Assembly: GCA_963784995.1 (NCBI GenBank)
Contig: CAWATZ010000006.1
Coordinates: forward strand, 8,853 to 72,852
Source: an uncultured Planctomycetota bacterium
GTDB lineage: Bacteria; Planctomycetota; Planctomycetia; Gemmatales; Gemmataceae
DNA length: 64,000 bases
Direction of reading: 5' to 3'
Position 1 is the stretch's first letter, and each line of letters opens with the position of its first letter. Positions 8,766 to 18,661 of this stretch are shown here, in pieces. The notes beneath the pieces were generated by a model. That model saw only the letters and a program-made list of their open reading frames with translations. It had not been told where the DNA came from and made no database searches. Both the position numbers and the translations under genes were made by a program.

Positions 8766-11700
8766 GTGATTTCGCGCTTCTTCATCGATCGGCCGATCTT
8801 CGCCGCGGTGCTGTCGATTGCCCTGACCATCGCCGGGGCCATCTCGGTGTTCTCCCTGCCGATCTCGCAGTATCCGCCGATCACGCCGCCGACCGTCCAG
8901 GTGTCGGTCAACTACCCCGGCGCCAGCGCCCAGGTCGTGGCCGACACCGTGGCCGCTCCCATCGAGCAGCAGGTCAACGGCGTCGATCAGATGATCTACA
9001 TGTGCTCGACCAGCGACAACAGCGGCTACTACAACCTGATCGTCACCTTCGCCATCGGCACCGATCTGAACACCGCCCTGGTCATGGTGCAGAACCGGGT
9101 CACGCTGGCCATCCCGCAGCTGCCCGAGTCGGTCCAGAAACAGGGCCTGACCATCAAGAAGAAGGCCCCCAACGTCCTGCTGGCCATCAACTTCTATTCT
9201 CCCGACGGCCGTTACGACGACCTTTACCTGAGCAATTACGCCACCATCCACGTCAAGGACGAGATCTTCCGCCTGGAGGGTGTTGGCGACATCACCTACC
9301 TGGGCGAGCGCGATTACAGCATCCGGGCCTGGCTCGATCCCCAGAAGATGGCCGCGCACAACATCACCACCGATGAAGTGGTCGATGCCATCAGCAAACA
9401 GAACACCCAGCTGGCGCCCGGCCAGGTGGGTCAGCAGCCGGTGCCGTACGGCCAGGTGCTGCAGATGCCGCTGAACGGTCTGGGCCGGCTCACCACTCCC
9501 GAGCAGTTCGACGCGATCATCATCCGCAGCCTGCCCGGCGGGACGACCACCTCGGTCAGCAGCCAGGTCGTCCGGCTCAAGGACGTGGCCCGGATGGAGT
9601 TGGGGGCGTCGTTCTACTACAACTCCGCCACCGTCCGAGGTTACCCCTCAGCGACCCTGGCCGTGTTCCAGCTGCCCGGCTCCAACGCCCTGGACGTGGG
9701 CGACCGGATTCGGAGCAAGATGCTTGAGCTGAGCAAGAAGTTTCCCCAGGGGCTGGAGTACGAGATCGGCTACGACACGACGCCCTTTATCCGCGATTCG
9801 GTGGTCGAGGTGTTCCGCACCCTGGTCGATGCCGTGGTGCTGGTCGCTGTCGTGGTGCTAATCTTCCTGCAAAGCTGGCGGGCCACCCTGATTCCCCTGG
9901 TGGCCGTGCCCGTGGCCATCGTCGGCACCTTCGCGGTCATGGCCGCGGTCGGCTTCAGTCTAAACAACATCTCGCTCTTTGGCCTGGTGCTGGCCATTGG
10001 CATCGTCGTGGACGACGCCATCGTCGTGGTCGAGAACGTCGAGCGCTGGATGGAGCAGGGATACTCACCCCGCGAGTCGGCCCGCAAGGCGATGGACGAG
10101 GTGACCGGGCCGGTGGTCGCCGTGGCCCTGGTGCTGTGCGCCGTGTTCGTGCCGTGTGCCTTTATCAGCGGCGTGACCGGCCAGTTCTTCCGCCAGTTCG
10201 CGGTGACCATCGCCATTTCAACGGTGTTCTCCGCCTTCAACTCGCTGACGCTCAGTCCGGCGCTGGCGGCGATCTTGCTCCGGCACCGCCACAAAGGCAG
10301 CTTCGACTGGGTGACCTTTGGCCTGTTCGGCGTGGTCGGCTTCCTGATGCCCGCGTACCTCCGCGAATCGTATGAGATGGCGGCGGACTGGTCCTGGCCT
10401 CTATTTCTGCTGGTCTGGGGAAGCGGCGGCGCCCTGGTGGGCCTGCTCCTCTTCCTGGGGTTCAACAAGGCCTTCGACTTCTTCACCAACGCCTACGGCA
10501 GGGTCGTGGGGTTCAGCCTGCGTCTGAGCCTGGTGGTGCTGGCGATCTACGGCGGGCTCCTGTACCTGACCTACTGGAGCTTCGGCCAGGTGCCGACCGG
10601 CTTTATCCCGCAGCAGGACCAGGGCTGGTTGATGGTCAACGTCCAGCTGCCCGACTCGGCGTCGCTGCAGCGAACCCAGGAGGTCATGGCCGAGTGCGAG
10701 CGGATTGCCCTGAAAACGCCGGGCGTCAAGACCACCACCTCGACCTCCGGCTATTCGCTGCTGCTGAGCATGTTCGGGTCCAACTATGCCTCGATGTTCG
10801 TGATCCTCGACCCGTTCGACAAGCGGAAGACGCCCGAGCTGCAAGGCGAGGCGATCATGAAGACGCTGCGGGCCAAATACCGCGCGGAGATCCACGATGC
10901 GATGGTGGCCGTGTTCGGCGCCCCGCCGGTGCCGGGACTCGGCACGGCGGGCGGCTTCAAGGTGATGGTGGAGGACCGGGGCGACCTGGGGGCCTCGTTC
11001 TTGCAGGAGGAGTCGTTCAAGCTGATTGGTGCCAGCCGGCGCCTGCCCGGCATCGCGAGCACCTTCACGCAGTACCGGGCCGAGACGCCGATGCTGTACG
11101 CCGACATTGACCGCACCAAGGTCGAGTCGCTGGGCGTGACGGTCAAGCAGGTCAACCAGACGCTCGAAGCGTTCATCGGTTCGGTGTACGTCAACAACTT
11201 CAACGAGTTCGGCCGGTACTGGCAGGTCAACGTCCAGGCCGAGGGGGACTATCGCGACCTGACCCGGAAATTGCACCTCTTGAAGATGCGGAACAAGAAG
11301 GGCGAGATGGTGCCGCTGTCCACGGTGGTGGAGCTGCGGGACAGCGTTGGTCCCGGCATGGTGATGCGCTACAACCTGTACGAGTCGGCCCCGATCAACG
11401 GCAACGTGACGCCGGGCACCAGCTCCGGACAGGGGATCAAGGAAATGACCGCCGCGGCCCAGCGGGTCCTGCCGCGCGCCATGCAGGCGGAATGGACCGA
11501 GCTGAGCTTCCTCCAGGTGCAGGAGGCCCAGGACTGGCGCAACCAGCTGGTGTTTCCCCTGGCGGTGGTGTTTGTCTTTCTGGTGCTGGCGGCCCTGTAC
11601 GAAAGCTGGGCGCTGCCGCTGGCGGTGATCCTGGTCGTGCCCATGTGTCTGCTCAGCGCCGTGGCCGGCGTTGCCTGCAGCCGGCTGGACATCAACATCT

Positions 11701-12281
11701 TCACGCAGATTGGCTTTGTGGTGCTGGTGGGCCTGGCCAGCAAGAACGCCATCCTGATCGTCGAGTTCGCCCGGCAGCTGCGTCAGGAGGGCAAGCCGCT
11801 GTTCGAGGCCACGACGGACGCCTGCCGGCTGCGGTTACGGCCGATCCTGATGACGTCGTTCGCCTTTATCCTGGGGGTGGTGCCGCTGGTGATCGCCACG
11901 GGGGCCGGCTGGGAGATGCGGCGGGCCCTGGGCACGGCGGTCTTCAGCGGCATGCTGGGCGTGACCATCTTCGGCATCCTGCTGACCCCGGTGTTTTTCT
12001 ACGTGATCCAGTGGCTGGGCGAGCGCTCGATCTGGGCGATCCCGGAGGTGCGCTGGGTCGGCTCGATCGCAATGGGGATGCTGGTGAGCGTCCCGCTGGG
12101 GATTCGGATGTGGATCCTGGCGGAGAGCTTCCCGACCGGGCTGCCGATCGCGCATCTGGTGGTGAGATGCCTGGCCTTTGTCGGCGGCCTGGTGCCGGGG
12201 GGCATCATTGCGTTTCTGGTGATGGGGATGCATCGGCGGTCTCGCCCTCCCCTCTCTCCGCCGGCGAGCGGCGCGGCGTAA
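8766..12281 (+). CDS. efflux RND transporter permease subunit (HAE1/AcrB-like), paralog 1
   Basis: GTG start giving VISRFFIDRPIFA with SD caggag 7 nt upstream (the ORF-track start at 8724 is likely too early). 12 TM helices and large periplasmic loops. C-terminal extension. Confidence 0.9.
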   Translation: MISRFFIDRPIFAAVLSIALTIAGAISVFSLPISQYPPITPPTVQVSVNYPGASAQVVADTVAAPIEQQVNGVDQMIYMCSTSDNSGYYNLIVTFAIGTDLNTALVMVQNRVTLAIPQLPESVQKQGLTIKKKAPNVLLAINFYSPDGRYDDLYLSNYATIHVKDEIFRLEGVGDITYLGERDYSIRAWLDPQKMAAHNITTDEVVDAISKQNTQLAPGQVGQQPVPYGQVLQMPLNGLGRLTTPEQFDAIIIRSLPGGTTTSVSSQVVRLKDVARMELGASFYYNSATVRGYPSATLAVFQLPGSNALDVGDRIRSKMLELSKKFPQGLEYEIGYDTTPFIRDSVVEVFRTLVDAVVLVAVVVLIFLQSWRATLIPLVAVPVAIVGTFAVMAAVGFSLNNISLFGLVLAIGIVVDDAIVVVENVERWMEQGYSPRESARKAMDEVTGPVVAVALVLCAVFVPCAFISGVTGQFFRQFAVTIAISTVFSAFNSLTLSPALAAILLRHRHKGSFDWVTFGLFGVVGFLMPAYLRESYEMAADWSWPLFLLVWGSGGALVGLLLFLGFNKAFDFFTNAYGRVVGFSLRLSLVVLAIYGGLLYLTYWSFGQVPTGFIPQQDQGWLMVNVQLPDSASLQRTQEVMAECERIALKTPGVKTTTSTSGYSLLLSMFGSNYASMFVILDPFDKRKTPELQGEAIMKTLRAKYRAEIHDAMVAVFGAPPVPGLGTAGGFKVMVEDRGDLGASFLQEESFKLIGASRRLPGIASTFTQYRAETPMLYADIDRTKVESLGVTVKQVNQTLEAFIGSVYVNNFNEFGRYWQVNVQAEGDYRDLTRKLHLLKMRNKKGEMVPLSTVVELRDSVGPGMVMRYNLYESAPINGNVTPGTSSGQGIKEMTAAAQRVLPRAMQAEWTELSFLQVQEAQDWRNQLVFPLAVVFVFLVLAALYESWALPLAVILVVPMCLLSAVAGVACSRLDINIFTQIGFVVLVGLASKNAILIVEFARQLRQEGKPLFEATTDACRLRLRPILMTSFAFILGVVPLVIATGAGWEMRRALGTAVFSGMLGVTIFGILLTPVFFYVIQWLGERSIWAIPEVRWVGSIAMGMLVSVPLGIRMWILAESFPTGLPIAHLVVRCLAFVGGLVPGGIIAFLVMGMHRRSRPPLSPPASGAA

Positions 12282-12360
12282 GCCCGCCGGTAGCGGATCG
12301 GTCCGCTACCGGCGGGCTTACGCCGCGCCGCTCGCCGGCGGAGAGAGGGGGGAAATCGTA
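12258..12360. repeat. perfect palindrome with about 49-bp arms spanning the RND1 stop codon and the RND1-RND2 intergenic region
   Basis: cccctctctccgccggcgagcggcgcggcgtaagcccgccggtagcgga / tcgg / tccgctaccggcgggcttacgccgcgccgctcgccggcggagagagggg. The left arm encodes the last about 10 aa (PLSPPASGAA) of RND1. Confidence 0.85.
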
Positions 12361-12374
12361 TTAGAGGATACGTT

Positions 12375-15300
12375 GTGATCTCGCACTTTTTCATCGATCG
12401 ACCGATCTTCGCCGCGGTGCTGTCGATCGTGCTGACGCTGGCAGGGCTGATCTCCGTGACGGCCCTGCCGGTGGCGCAATACCCCGACATCACGCCGCCG
12501 ACCGTGCTGGTGACGGCCAGCTACCCGGGGGCCAACGCCCAGACGGTGCTGGACACCGTGGCCGCGCCGATTGAGCAGCAGGTGTCCGGCGTCGAGAACG
12601 CCGAGTACATGTCGAGCCAATGTACAAATGACGGCACCTACACCCTGCTGGTGACCTTCAAGCTGGGCATGAATCCCGACATGGCCCAGGTGCTGACGCA
12701 GAACCGCGTCCAGTTGGCCTTGCCGGTCATTCCAGACCTGGTCCAGCGGGAGAGCGTCAGCGTCAAGAAGATTTCGCCCAGCACCATGATGATCGTCAAC
12801 CTGGTCGCCGACCCCGATGAGTCCGGCAAGCCGGTCTACAACGACATCTACGTGAGCAATTACGCCATGATCCAGGTCCGCGACGAACTGTTGCGGCTGG
12901 AGGGGGTGGCCAACGTCACCTTCATGGGCGAGCGCGACTACAGCATGCGGGCCTGGCTCGATCCGAACAAGCTATCGATCCTGCAACTGACCGCCGGCGA
13001 CGTCGTGGCCGCCATCGCGGCCCAGAACGTCCAGGTGGCGGCCGGCTCGATTGGGCAGGAGCCGGTGCCGCCGGGCCAGCAGTTCCAGCTGATCATCAAC
13101 ACGCTGGGCCGGCTGGTCACGGTGCAGCAATTCGAGGACATCATCATCAAGGTCGGCGAGGGCGGGCCGCAAGGGCAGTCGGCCAGCGTGGTTCGGCTGC
13201 GCGACGTGGCGCGGATCGACCTGGGGGCCCAGGAGTATGACCAGACCTGCACCCTCGATGGCCGGCCCTCGGTGGCGCTGTCGATCTTTCAATTGCCCGG
13301 CTCCAACGCTCTGAAGACTGCCCAGGGCGTTTACCAGAAGATGAAGCAGCTCAAGGAACGCTTTCCGAAAGGGTTGAACTACAAGATCGTCTACGACACC
13401 ACGCCGTTCATCAAGGAATCGATCCTGGAGGTGTTCAAGACGCTGATCGACGCCATCGTGCTGGTGGCCATCGTAGTTCTGGTGTTCCTGCAAAGCTGGC
13501 GAGCCACCCTGATCCCCCTGGTGGCCGTGCCGGTCGCCGTCGTCGGCACCTTCACCGTCATGGCCGCGCTGGGATTCAGTCTCAACAACCTGTCGCTCTT
13601 TGGCCTGGTGCTGGCCATCGGCATCGTGGTCGATGACGCCATCGTCGTCGTCGAGAACGTCGAGCGCTGGCTGGAACATGGCCTGCCGCCGCGTGAGGCG
13701 GCCCGGCGGGCCATGAACGAGGTGACCGGGCCGGTGATCGCCGTCGCCCTGGTGCTGTGTGCCGTGTTCGTGCCCTGTGCGTTCATCACCGGCATCACCG
13801 GACAGTTCTTCAAGCAGTTCGCCATCACCATCGCCGTCTCGACGGTGATCTCCGCCTTCAACTCGCTGACGCTCAGTCCCGCCCTGGCGGCCATCCTGCT
13901 CAAGCCCAAGACGCACACAAGCCCGGAGCGCCAGCGACGGGACGGACCACACAAGCCCGGAGCAGAAGCGACGGGTCAGTCCGACGATCCCGTCGCTGGC
14001 GCTCCGGGCTTGTGTGACCGACCCAAGGGCAGCTTTGACTGGGTGACGTTCGTGCTGTTCATCGTCATCGGTTTCGGGCTGCCGTTCTACCTGCGGCACT
14101 CCTATCGGCTGGGCGAGGAGTGGCCCACCTGGCTGTTCGGAGCGGTGTGGTGCCCGATCGGGGCCGTTGTCGGGGGGGCGACCTTCCTGGGCTTCAACTG
14201 GACCTTCGATCGCATCACCGGCGCTTACACTGCGGTCGTCAGCCTGGTGGTGCGCTTGAGCGTGGTGGTGCTGATCGGCTACGGCGGCCTGCTCTGGCTA
14301 ACCTATCACTCGTTCGTGACCTCGCCGACCGGTTTCATTCCCTCGCAGGACAAGGGCTATCTGCTGCTCAACGTGCAGTTGCCCGATGCCTCGTCGGTGC
14401 AGCGGACCATGGCCGTGATGGCCCAGCTCGATCTCCTGGTGCGCGGCGACAAGTATGATCGCGAGCATTATCCCGGCATCGAAGGGGTCAAGCACACCGT
14501 TTCGATCTCCGGCCAATCGCTGCTGCTGGGAGCCAACGCTCCCAATTTCGGCTCGATGAACGTGATGCTCAAGCCGTTCGAGGAGCGGCGCGGGCTGACC
14601 GCCGACCAGATCGGCGACCGGATTCGGAACCTGTGCCGGCAGAAGATCAGCGACGCCATGGTCACCGTCTTCGGTGCGCCGCCCATCGACGGCCTGGGGA
14701 CGGCGGGCGGCTTCAAGGTGATGATCGAGGATCGCGGTCCGTTGGGACTGGCGGAACTGCAGCGCGTCAGCGACAAGGTGGTGGTGGCCGGCAACGACAA
14801 CAAGAAGAGCCTGCAAGGGGTCTTCACCAACTTGCGGGCCTCCACGCCCTGGCTCTACCTGGACATCAACCGCGACAAGTGCATCTCGATGGGCATTTCG
14901 CTGGGCGACGTCTTCCAGGCGCTGCAGGTCTACCTGGGCAGCTATTACGTCAACAACTTCAATCGCTTCGGCCGGATGTGGCAGGTGAACATCCAGGCCG
15001 ACGATCGCTTTCGCAACCAGATCGCCGAGATCGCTCTGATCAAGGTGCGCAACTCCAAGGGCCAGATGGCGCCGCTGAGCAGCATCGCCGAGGTCACCCC
15101 CTCGACCGGGCCAGTGCTGCTGATGCGCTACAACATGTATTCGGCCTCGGCGATTTTCGGCAACAACCGGCCAGGGGTCAGTTCCGGCGATGGAATCAAG
15201 GCGATGGACGCCGCGATCAAGTCGGCGTTGCCGCCGGCGATGTCCCCGGAGTGGACCGAGCTGACGTACATGCAGCTCCAGGCCGGCAACACGGCCATGT

Positions 15301-15917
15301 TCGTCTTCGGCCTGGCGGTGGTGTTCGTGTTCCTGGTGCTGGCGGCCCAGTACGAAAGCTGGTCGCTGCCGCTGGCCGTGATCCTCGTCGTGCCGATGTG
15401 TTTGCTTTGCTCCGTGGTCGGCGTCAACCTGGACCGCTCGGACGTGAACATCTTCGTGCAAATTGGCTTTGTGGTGCTGGTGGGATTGGCCAGCAAGAAC
15501 GCCATCCTGATTGTCGAGTTCGCCAAGCAGCAGCGCGAGTCGGGCGTCGAGAGCTTCAAGGCCACGACCGAGGCCTGCCGGCTGCGGTTACGGCCGATCC
15601 TGATGACGTCGTTCGCGTTCATCCTCGGCGTGGTGCCGCTGGTGATCGCCCAGGGGGCCGGGGCCGAGATGCGGCGGCAACTGGGCGTGGCGGTGTTCAG
15701 CGGCATGCTGGGAGTGACCTTCTTCGGCATCTTCCTGACGCCGGTGTTCTATTACGTGATCCAGCTGTTCTCGGACATGCGGGGGCCGAAGCCCAGCGGC
15801 GAGCACGCAGTACCGCCGGGACACGGAGCGGACACGCATGGAGCCACGGTGGTGGGTGATGGGCAGCAGGCAGGACCGGCAACGGCGATTCAGGAGAAGC
15901 CGGGACATGGATCGTGA
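12375..15917 (+). CDS. efflux RND transporter permease subunit, paralog 2
   Basis: GTG start giving MISHFFIDRPIFA. Collinear with RND1, with a 33-aa insertion. Confidence 0.9.
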   Translation: MISHFFIDRPIFAAVLSIVLTLAGLISVTALPVAQYPDITPPTVLVTASYPGANAQTVLDTVAAPIEQQVSGVENAEYMSSQCTNDGTYTLLVTFKLGMNPDMAQVLTQNRVQLALPVIPDLVQRESVSVKKISPSTMMIVNLVADPDESGKPVYNDIYVSNYAMIQVRDELLRLEGVANVTFMGERDYSMRAWLDPNKLSILQLTAGDVVAAIAAQNVQVAAGSIGQEPVPPGQQFQLIINTLGRLVTVQQFEDIIIKVGEGGPQGQSASVVRLRDVARIDLGAQEYDQTCTLDGRPSVALSIFQLPGSNALKTAQGVYQKMKQLKERFPKGLNYKIVYDTTPFIKESILEVFKTLIDAIVLVAIVVLVFLQSWRATLIPLVAVPVAVVGTFTVMAALGFSLNNLSLFGLVLAIGIVVDDAIVVVENVERWLEHGLPPREAARRAMNEVTGPVIAVALVLCAVFVPCAFITGITGQFFKQFAITIAVSTVISAFNSLTLSPALAAILLKPKTHTSPERQRRDGPHKPGAEATGQSDDPVAGAPGLCDRPKGSFDWVTFVLFIVIGFGLPFYLRHSYRLGEEWPTWLFGAVWCPIGAVVGGATFLGFNWTFDRITGAYTAVVSLVVRLSVVVLIGYGGLLWLTYHSFVTSPTGFIPSQDKGYLLLNVQLPDASSVQRTMAVMAQLDLLVRGDKYDREHYPGIEGVKHTVSISGQSLLLGANAPNFGSMNVMLKPFEERRGLTADQIGDRIRNLCRQKISDAMVTVFGAPPIDGLGTAGGFKVMIEDRGPLGLAELQRVSDKVVVAGNDNKKSLQGVFTNLRASTPWLYLDINRDKCISMGISLGDVFQALQVYLGSYYVNNFNRFGRMWQVNIQADDRFRNQIAEIALIKVRNSKGQMAPLSSIAEVTPSTGPVLLMRYNMYSASAIFGNNRPGVSSGDGIKAMDAAIKSALPPAMSPEWTELTYMQLQAGNTAMFVFGLAVVFVFLVLAAQYESWSLPLAVILVVPMCLLCSVVGVNLDRSDVNIFVQIGFVVLVGLASKNAILIVEFAKQQRESGVESFKATTEACRLRLRPILMTSFAFILGVVPLVIAQGAGAEMRRQLGVAVFSGMLGVTFFGIFLTPVFYYVIQLFSDMRGPKPSGEHAVPPGHGADTHGATVVGDGQQAGPATAIQEKPGHGS
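13914..14016. repeat. in-frame palindromic insertion (29-bp perfect inverted arms plus internal partial third copy) inside RND2
   Basis: cacacaagcccggagcgccagcgacggga ... tcccgtcgctggcgctccgggcttgtgtg. Encodes PKTHTSPERQRRDGPHKPGAEATGQSDDPVAGAPGLCDRPK, which is absent from RND1 (HRHKGSFDWVTF). Confidence 0.75.
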
Positions 15918-15920
15918 GTT

Positions 15921-15992
15921 GTAGGGTGGGCCGAGCGTCGCGAGGCCCACCGGCAGGCGTGGTGGGCCTCGCGACGCTCGGCCCACCCTACT
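15921..15992. repeat. 31-bp-arm palindrome at the convergence point of RND2 and the OMF operon (terminator-like)
   Basis: gtagggtgggccgagcgtcgcgaggcccacc / ggcaggcgt / ggtgggcctcgcgacgctcggcccaccctac. Confidence 0.75.
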
Positions 15993-16347
15993 TGCACTCC
16001 GGCAGCCCGCAGGTGTACCACGGCGGATACCAGCACAACGGCTCGACCTTCGGCGGCGGCTTTGGCCCGAATTCGTCGATCCCGGTGCAAGGGGCCACGG
16101 GCGGAACGGGCGGCGGCGGCTTGGCGGCATAATCGTTGATCCCGGTGCAGGGCGCCGGCGACGGAATGGGCGGCGGCACCTTGGCACAGTAATCATCCGG
16201 GCAGGGCTGCTTGCAAAAGGGAGGGCTGCACCACAGCGATTGCCACCACAACGCCATCCCGCGAGACGCCGGCTCCTGCGCATGCCCGGAGGGGGCGAGT
16301 CCAAGAAGCAAACCACCCAGCAGCACCCAGCGTAAGCAAGTGATCAC
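15988..16347 (-). CDS. small secreted Cys/Pro-rich repeat protein
   Basis: Signal peptide MITCLRWVLLGGLLLGLAPSGHAQ. Internal repeats A(K)xPPPxPxxAPCTGI(N/D)(D/E). ATGA overlap with the OMF stop. Confidence 0.5.
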   Translation of the reverse strand: MITCLRWVLLGGLLLGLAPSGHAQEPASRGMALWWQSLWCSPPFCKQPCPDDYCAKVPPPIPSPAPCTGINDYAAKPPPPVPPVAPCTGIDEFGPKPPPKVEPLCWYPPWYTCGLPECK

Positions 16348-18146
16348 TTTCCCTTCCCCTTTGTGATGACGGGCGGGGGCGCTTCCAGCAGCTCAGGCAA
16401 TTGCGGCGGGTTCAGCGGCTTCAGATCGCCAACCTTCGCCAGAGCAGGCAGCTCCGCTGGCTTCGGTCCATTCTCCTTGCCCTCCGTGCTGGCGACCTTG
16501 TCTCCGTTCGCTTTCTTCTCCTCCTTGTTCTTGTTCTTGTCGTCTTCCTTGTCCGGGAGGGGCTGAGTCGTGCTGATGGGGGGATTGACCGGACAGCCAT
16601 CGAGGCGAACCTGCCAGCCGCCGCCGAGGGCGCGGTACGTCAGGATCAGCCCCTCGGCCACCTCGCCCTGGGCCTGGGCCGTCAGGTTCTGCTGGTTGAC
16701 CAGGTTTTGCTCCAGGAACGACACCCGGTTGAAATCGACGGTGCCGACGCGATACTGGGCCAGGGCGATGTCCACCGCCTTCCTGGCCGCCTCGACGCTC
16801 TTTTGCAACTCCTCGACGCGCTTGATGGCCTTGATGAAGGTGACGATGCCGTTCTCCGCCTCCTGGGCGGCCGTCAGCACCTTCTGCTGATAGGCCACCA
16901 CCGCCTCCTGGAAACGGGCCTTGCGCGCATTGATCAGGCTGAGGATTCGACCGTAGTAGAGGAGCTTCCAATCGACACTCGGGCCGACGCTCCCGCGCCA
17001 CGCCCCGGCATTGAACAGGTTGGTAAAGTACTCCGCGCCCCAGCCAATGTTTCCAACGACCGAGATCGCCGGGTACAGTTCAGCGACCTCAATGCCGATG
17101 CGTGCCGACTCGGCTGCGGCCTCGCGTTCGGCCTGGCGGATGTCCGGCCGGCGCGTCAGTAACTGGGCCGGGATGCCGACGCAGACCTCGGGAGGCGCAT
17201 TGGGAATCGGCCGGGGCGGCAGCTTTTTCGCCAGGTCCTCGGGGGGAATGCCCAGCAGCACGCACAGCCGGTTGCCGGCCTGCCGGATCTGGATTTCCAG
17301 CTGGGGCACCAGCGCCCGGGTCTGCTGCAGGATGCTCGTGGCCTGGTCCACGTCCAGCTCGTTGATCTGGCCGGCGTTGTACTTGGTCTGGGCAATGCCC
17401 AGCGTTTCTTCCTGCAGCTTGACGTTGATGAGAGTGTACGCCAGCTGCGCCTGTAACGTGCGCATCTGGACGTATTCGTTGGCCACGTCACCCAGCAGCG
17501 TCACCAGGACGGCATCGTAGTCCTCGATCTGGGCGTCGTAGCGATCCTGATATTCCTCGATGAACCGGCGATACTTGCCCCAGAAGTCGAGTTCCCAGCC
17601 CAGGTTGAAGCCGTAGCCCCAGGTACTGAAGAAACGCTGCGGCGTGGCGAACCGGTTGGCTACCTTGATGCTGACGGCCGTGTGATTATAGCCGGCGTCA
17701 AACGTCTGCGTCTGCGGGAACAACCGGCCGATGGCAAACCCCAGCAGGGCCCGATACTGAAGCACCCGGAAACCAGCCTGCCTGACGTTCAGGTTCTGGT
17801 TGACGGCACAGCAGACCAGGTCGTTGAGGACCGGGTCCTGGAACACGGTCCACCAGGCCCGCAGCTCATCCGACTTGGTGCTGACGCCCTGCTGGCCCTC
17901 GTCAATCCACTTCTGTGCGACCGGAGCGGGCGGCCGGCTGTAGTTGGGACCGACCTTGAACCCATTGTGGAGGTATTCTTTCCACGGGGTGCAGCCCGCC
18001 AGGGCCACGGTGAAGGCTGCCGCGGTTGCCAGCCCCCGGGCCCGGCGACGCAGGGCCTGGAGGCAGCGCACCCCGGCCCCTCTTAACCACAGGAGGACCG
18101 GCAGGAACTTCCTCCGGAGACTCCGTCCCCGTCTCTGTCCTTCCAT
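16344..18146 (-). CDS. efflux transporter outer membrane factor (OMF) lipoprotein (TolC/OprM/NodT family)
   Basis: Lipobox LAGC. Two TolC-type repeats. Unusual 80-aa K/E/P-rich C-terminal tail. The ORF-track start at 18194 may also be the real start. Confidence 0.85.
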   Translation of the reverse strand: MEGQRRGRSLRRKFLPVLLWLRGAGVRCLQALRRRARGLATAAAFTVALAGCTPWKEYLHNGFKVGPNYSRPPAPVAQKWIDEGQQGVSTKSDELRAWWTVFQDPVLNDLVCCAVNQNLNVRQAGFRVLQYRALLGFAIGRLFPQTQTFDAGYNHTAVSIKVANRFATPQRFFSTWGYGFNLGWELDFWGKYRRFIEEYQDRYDAQIEDYDAVLVTLLGDVANEYVQMRTLQAQLAYTLINVKLQEETLGIAQTKYNAGQINELDVDQATSILQQTRALVPQLEIQIRQAGNRLCVLLGIPPEDLAKKLPPRPIPNAPPEVCVGIPAQLLTRRPDIRQAEREAAAESARIGIEVAELYPAISVVGNIGWGAEYFTNLFNAGAWRGSVGPSVDWKLLYYGRILSLINARKARFQEAVVAYQQKVLTAAQEAENGIVTFIKAIKRVEELQKSVEAARKAVDIALAQYRVGTVDFNRVSFLEQNLVNQQNLTAQAQGEVAEGLILTYRALGGGWQVRLDGCPVNPPISTTQPLPDKEDDKNKNKEEKKANGDKVASTEGKENGPKPAELPALAKVGDLKPLNPPQLPELLEAPPPVITKGKGK

Positions 18147-18661
18147 GCCTCGCCATCCCCCCAAGGAACCGGATTCTCTCCCGGGAACGTCCATTCTTCA
18201 GGATTATCGGCACAACCGGCGGAAGAGGTGCAACCAATTCAATCGGCAAGACCGGCAATCTCGGAGCGGATTCCCTGTGGGCAGCTCCACAATTCCGGGG
18301 TGGAGCGCTTTTTTCTGTTCTTCTCCTTGTCCTTTGTGCAGCATTCTTTTACAATGCCCCTACCTGGCTTCTCTCCTTACCAGGTTGTTATGAATTGGAT
18401 CGCTGACTCCTACCCCATACACGGACCACCGCAAGGGTCGTCTGTGTCCCGCCAAGTTAGGAAGCGATTGGTTAACCCACCCCAAACGAACTATCATAAC
18501 GATTGATCGTTTGCTCTCAACACCCACCAGCCCGGAACAGCAGGCCCCCAGGCGAATTCCGGGTCCGGGTCTTCGCGTTGGCCTTGCAGTTGCCGCGAAG
18601 GATGAGACCGGCCGATACTCCGGAAGATGTCGGCGGTTTAGTCAAAGAGAGAGGAACCACG

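Noticed and set aside
18498-18511. aacgat-tg-atcgtt inverted repeat in the divergent OMF/lipoprotein promoter region, as a possible efflux regulator operator
   Set aside because: It is short (6-bp arms) and no TetR/MarR-type regulator is encoded in the window. It is noted only as a weak candidate.
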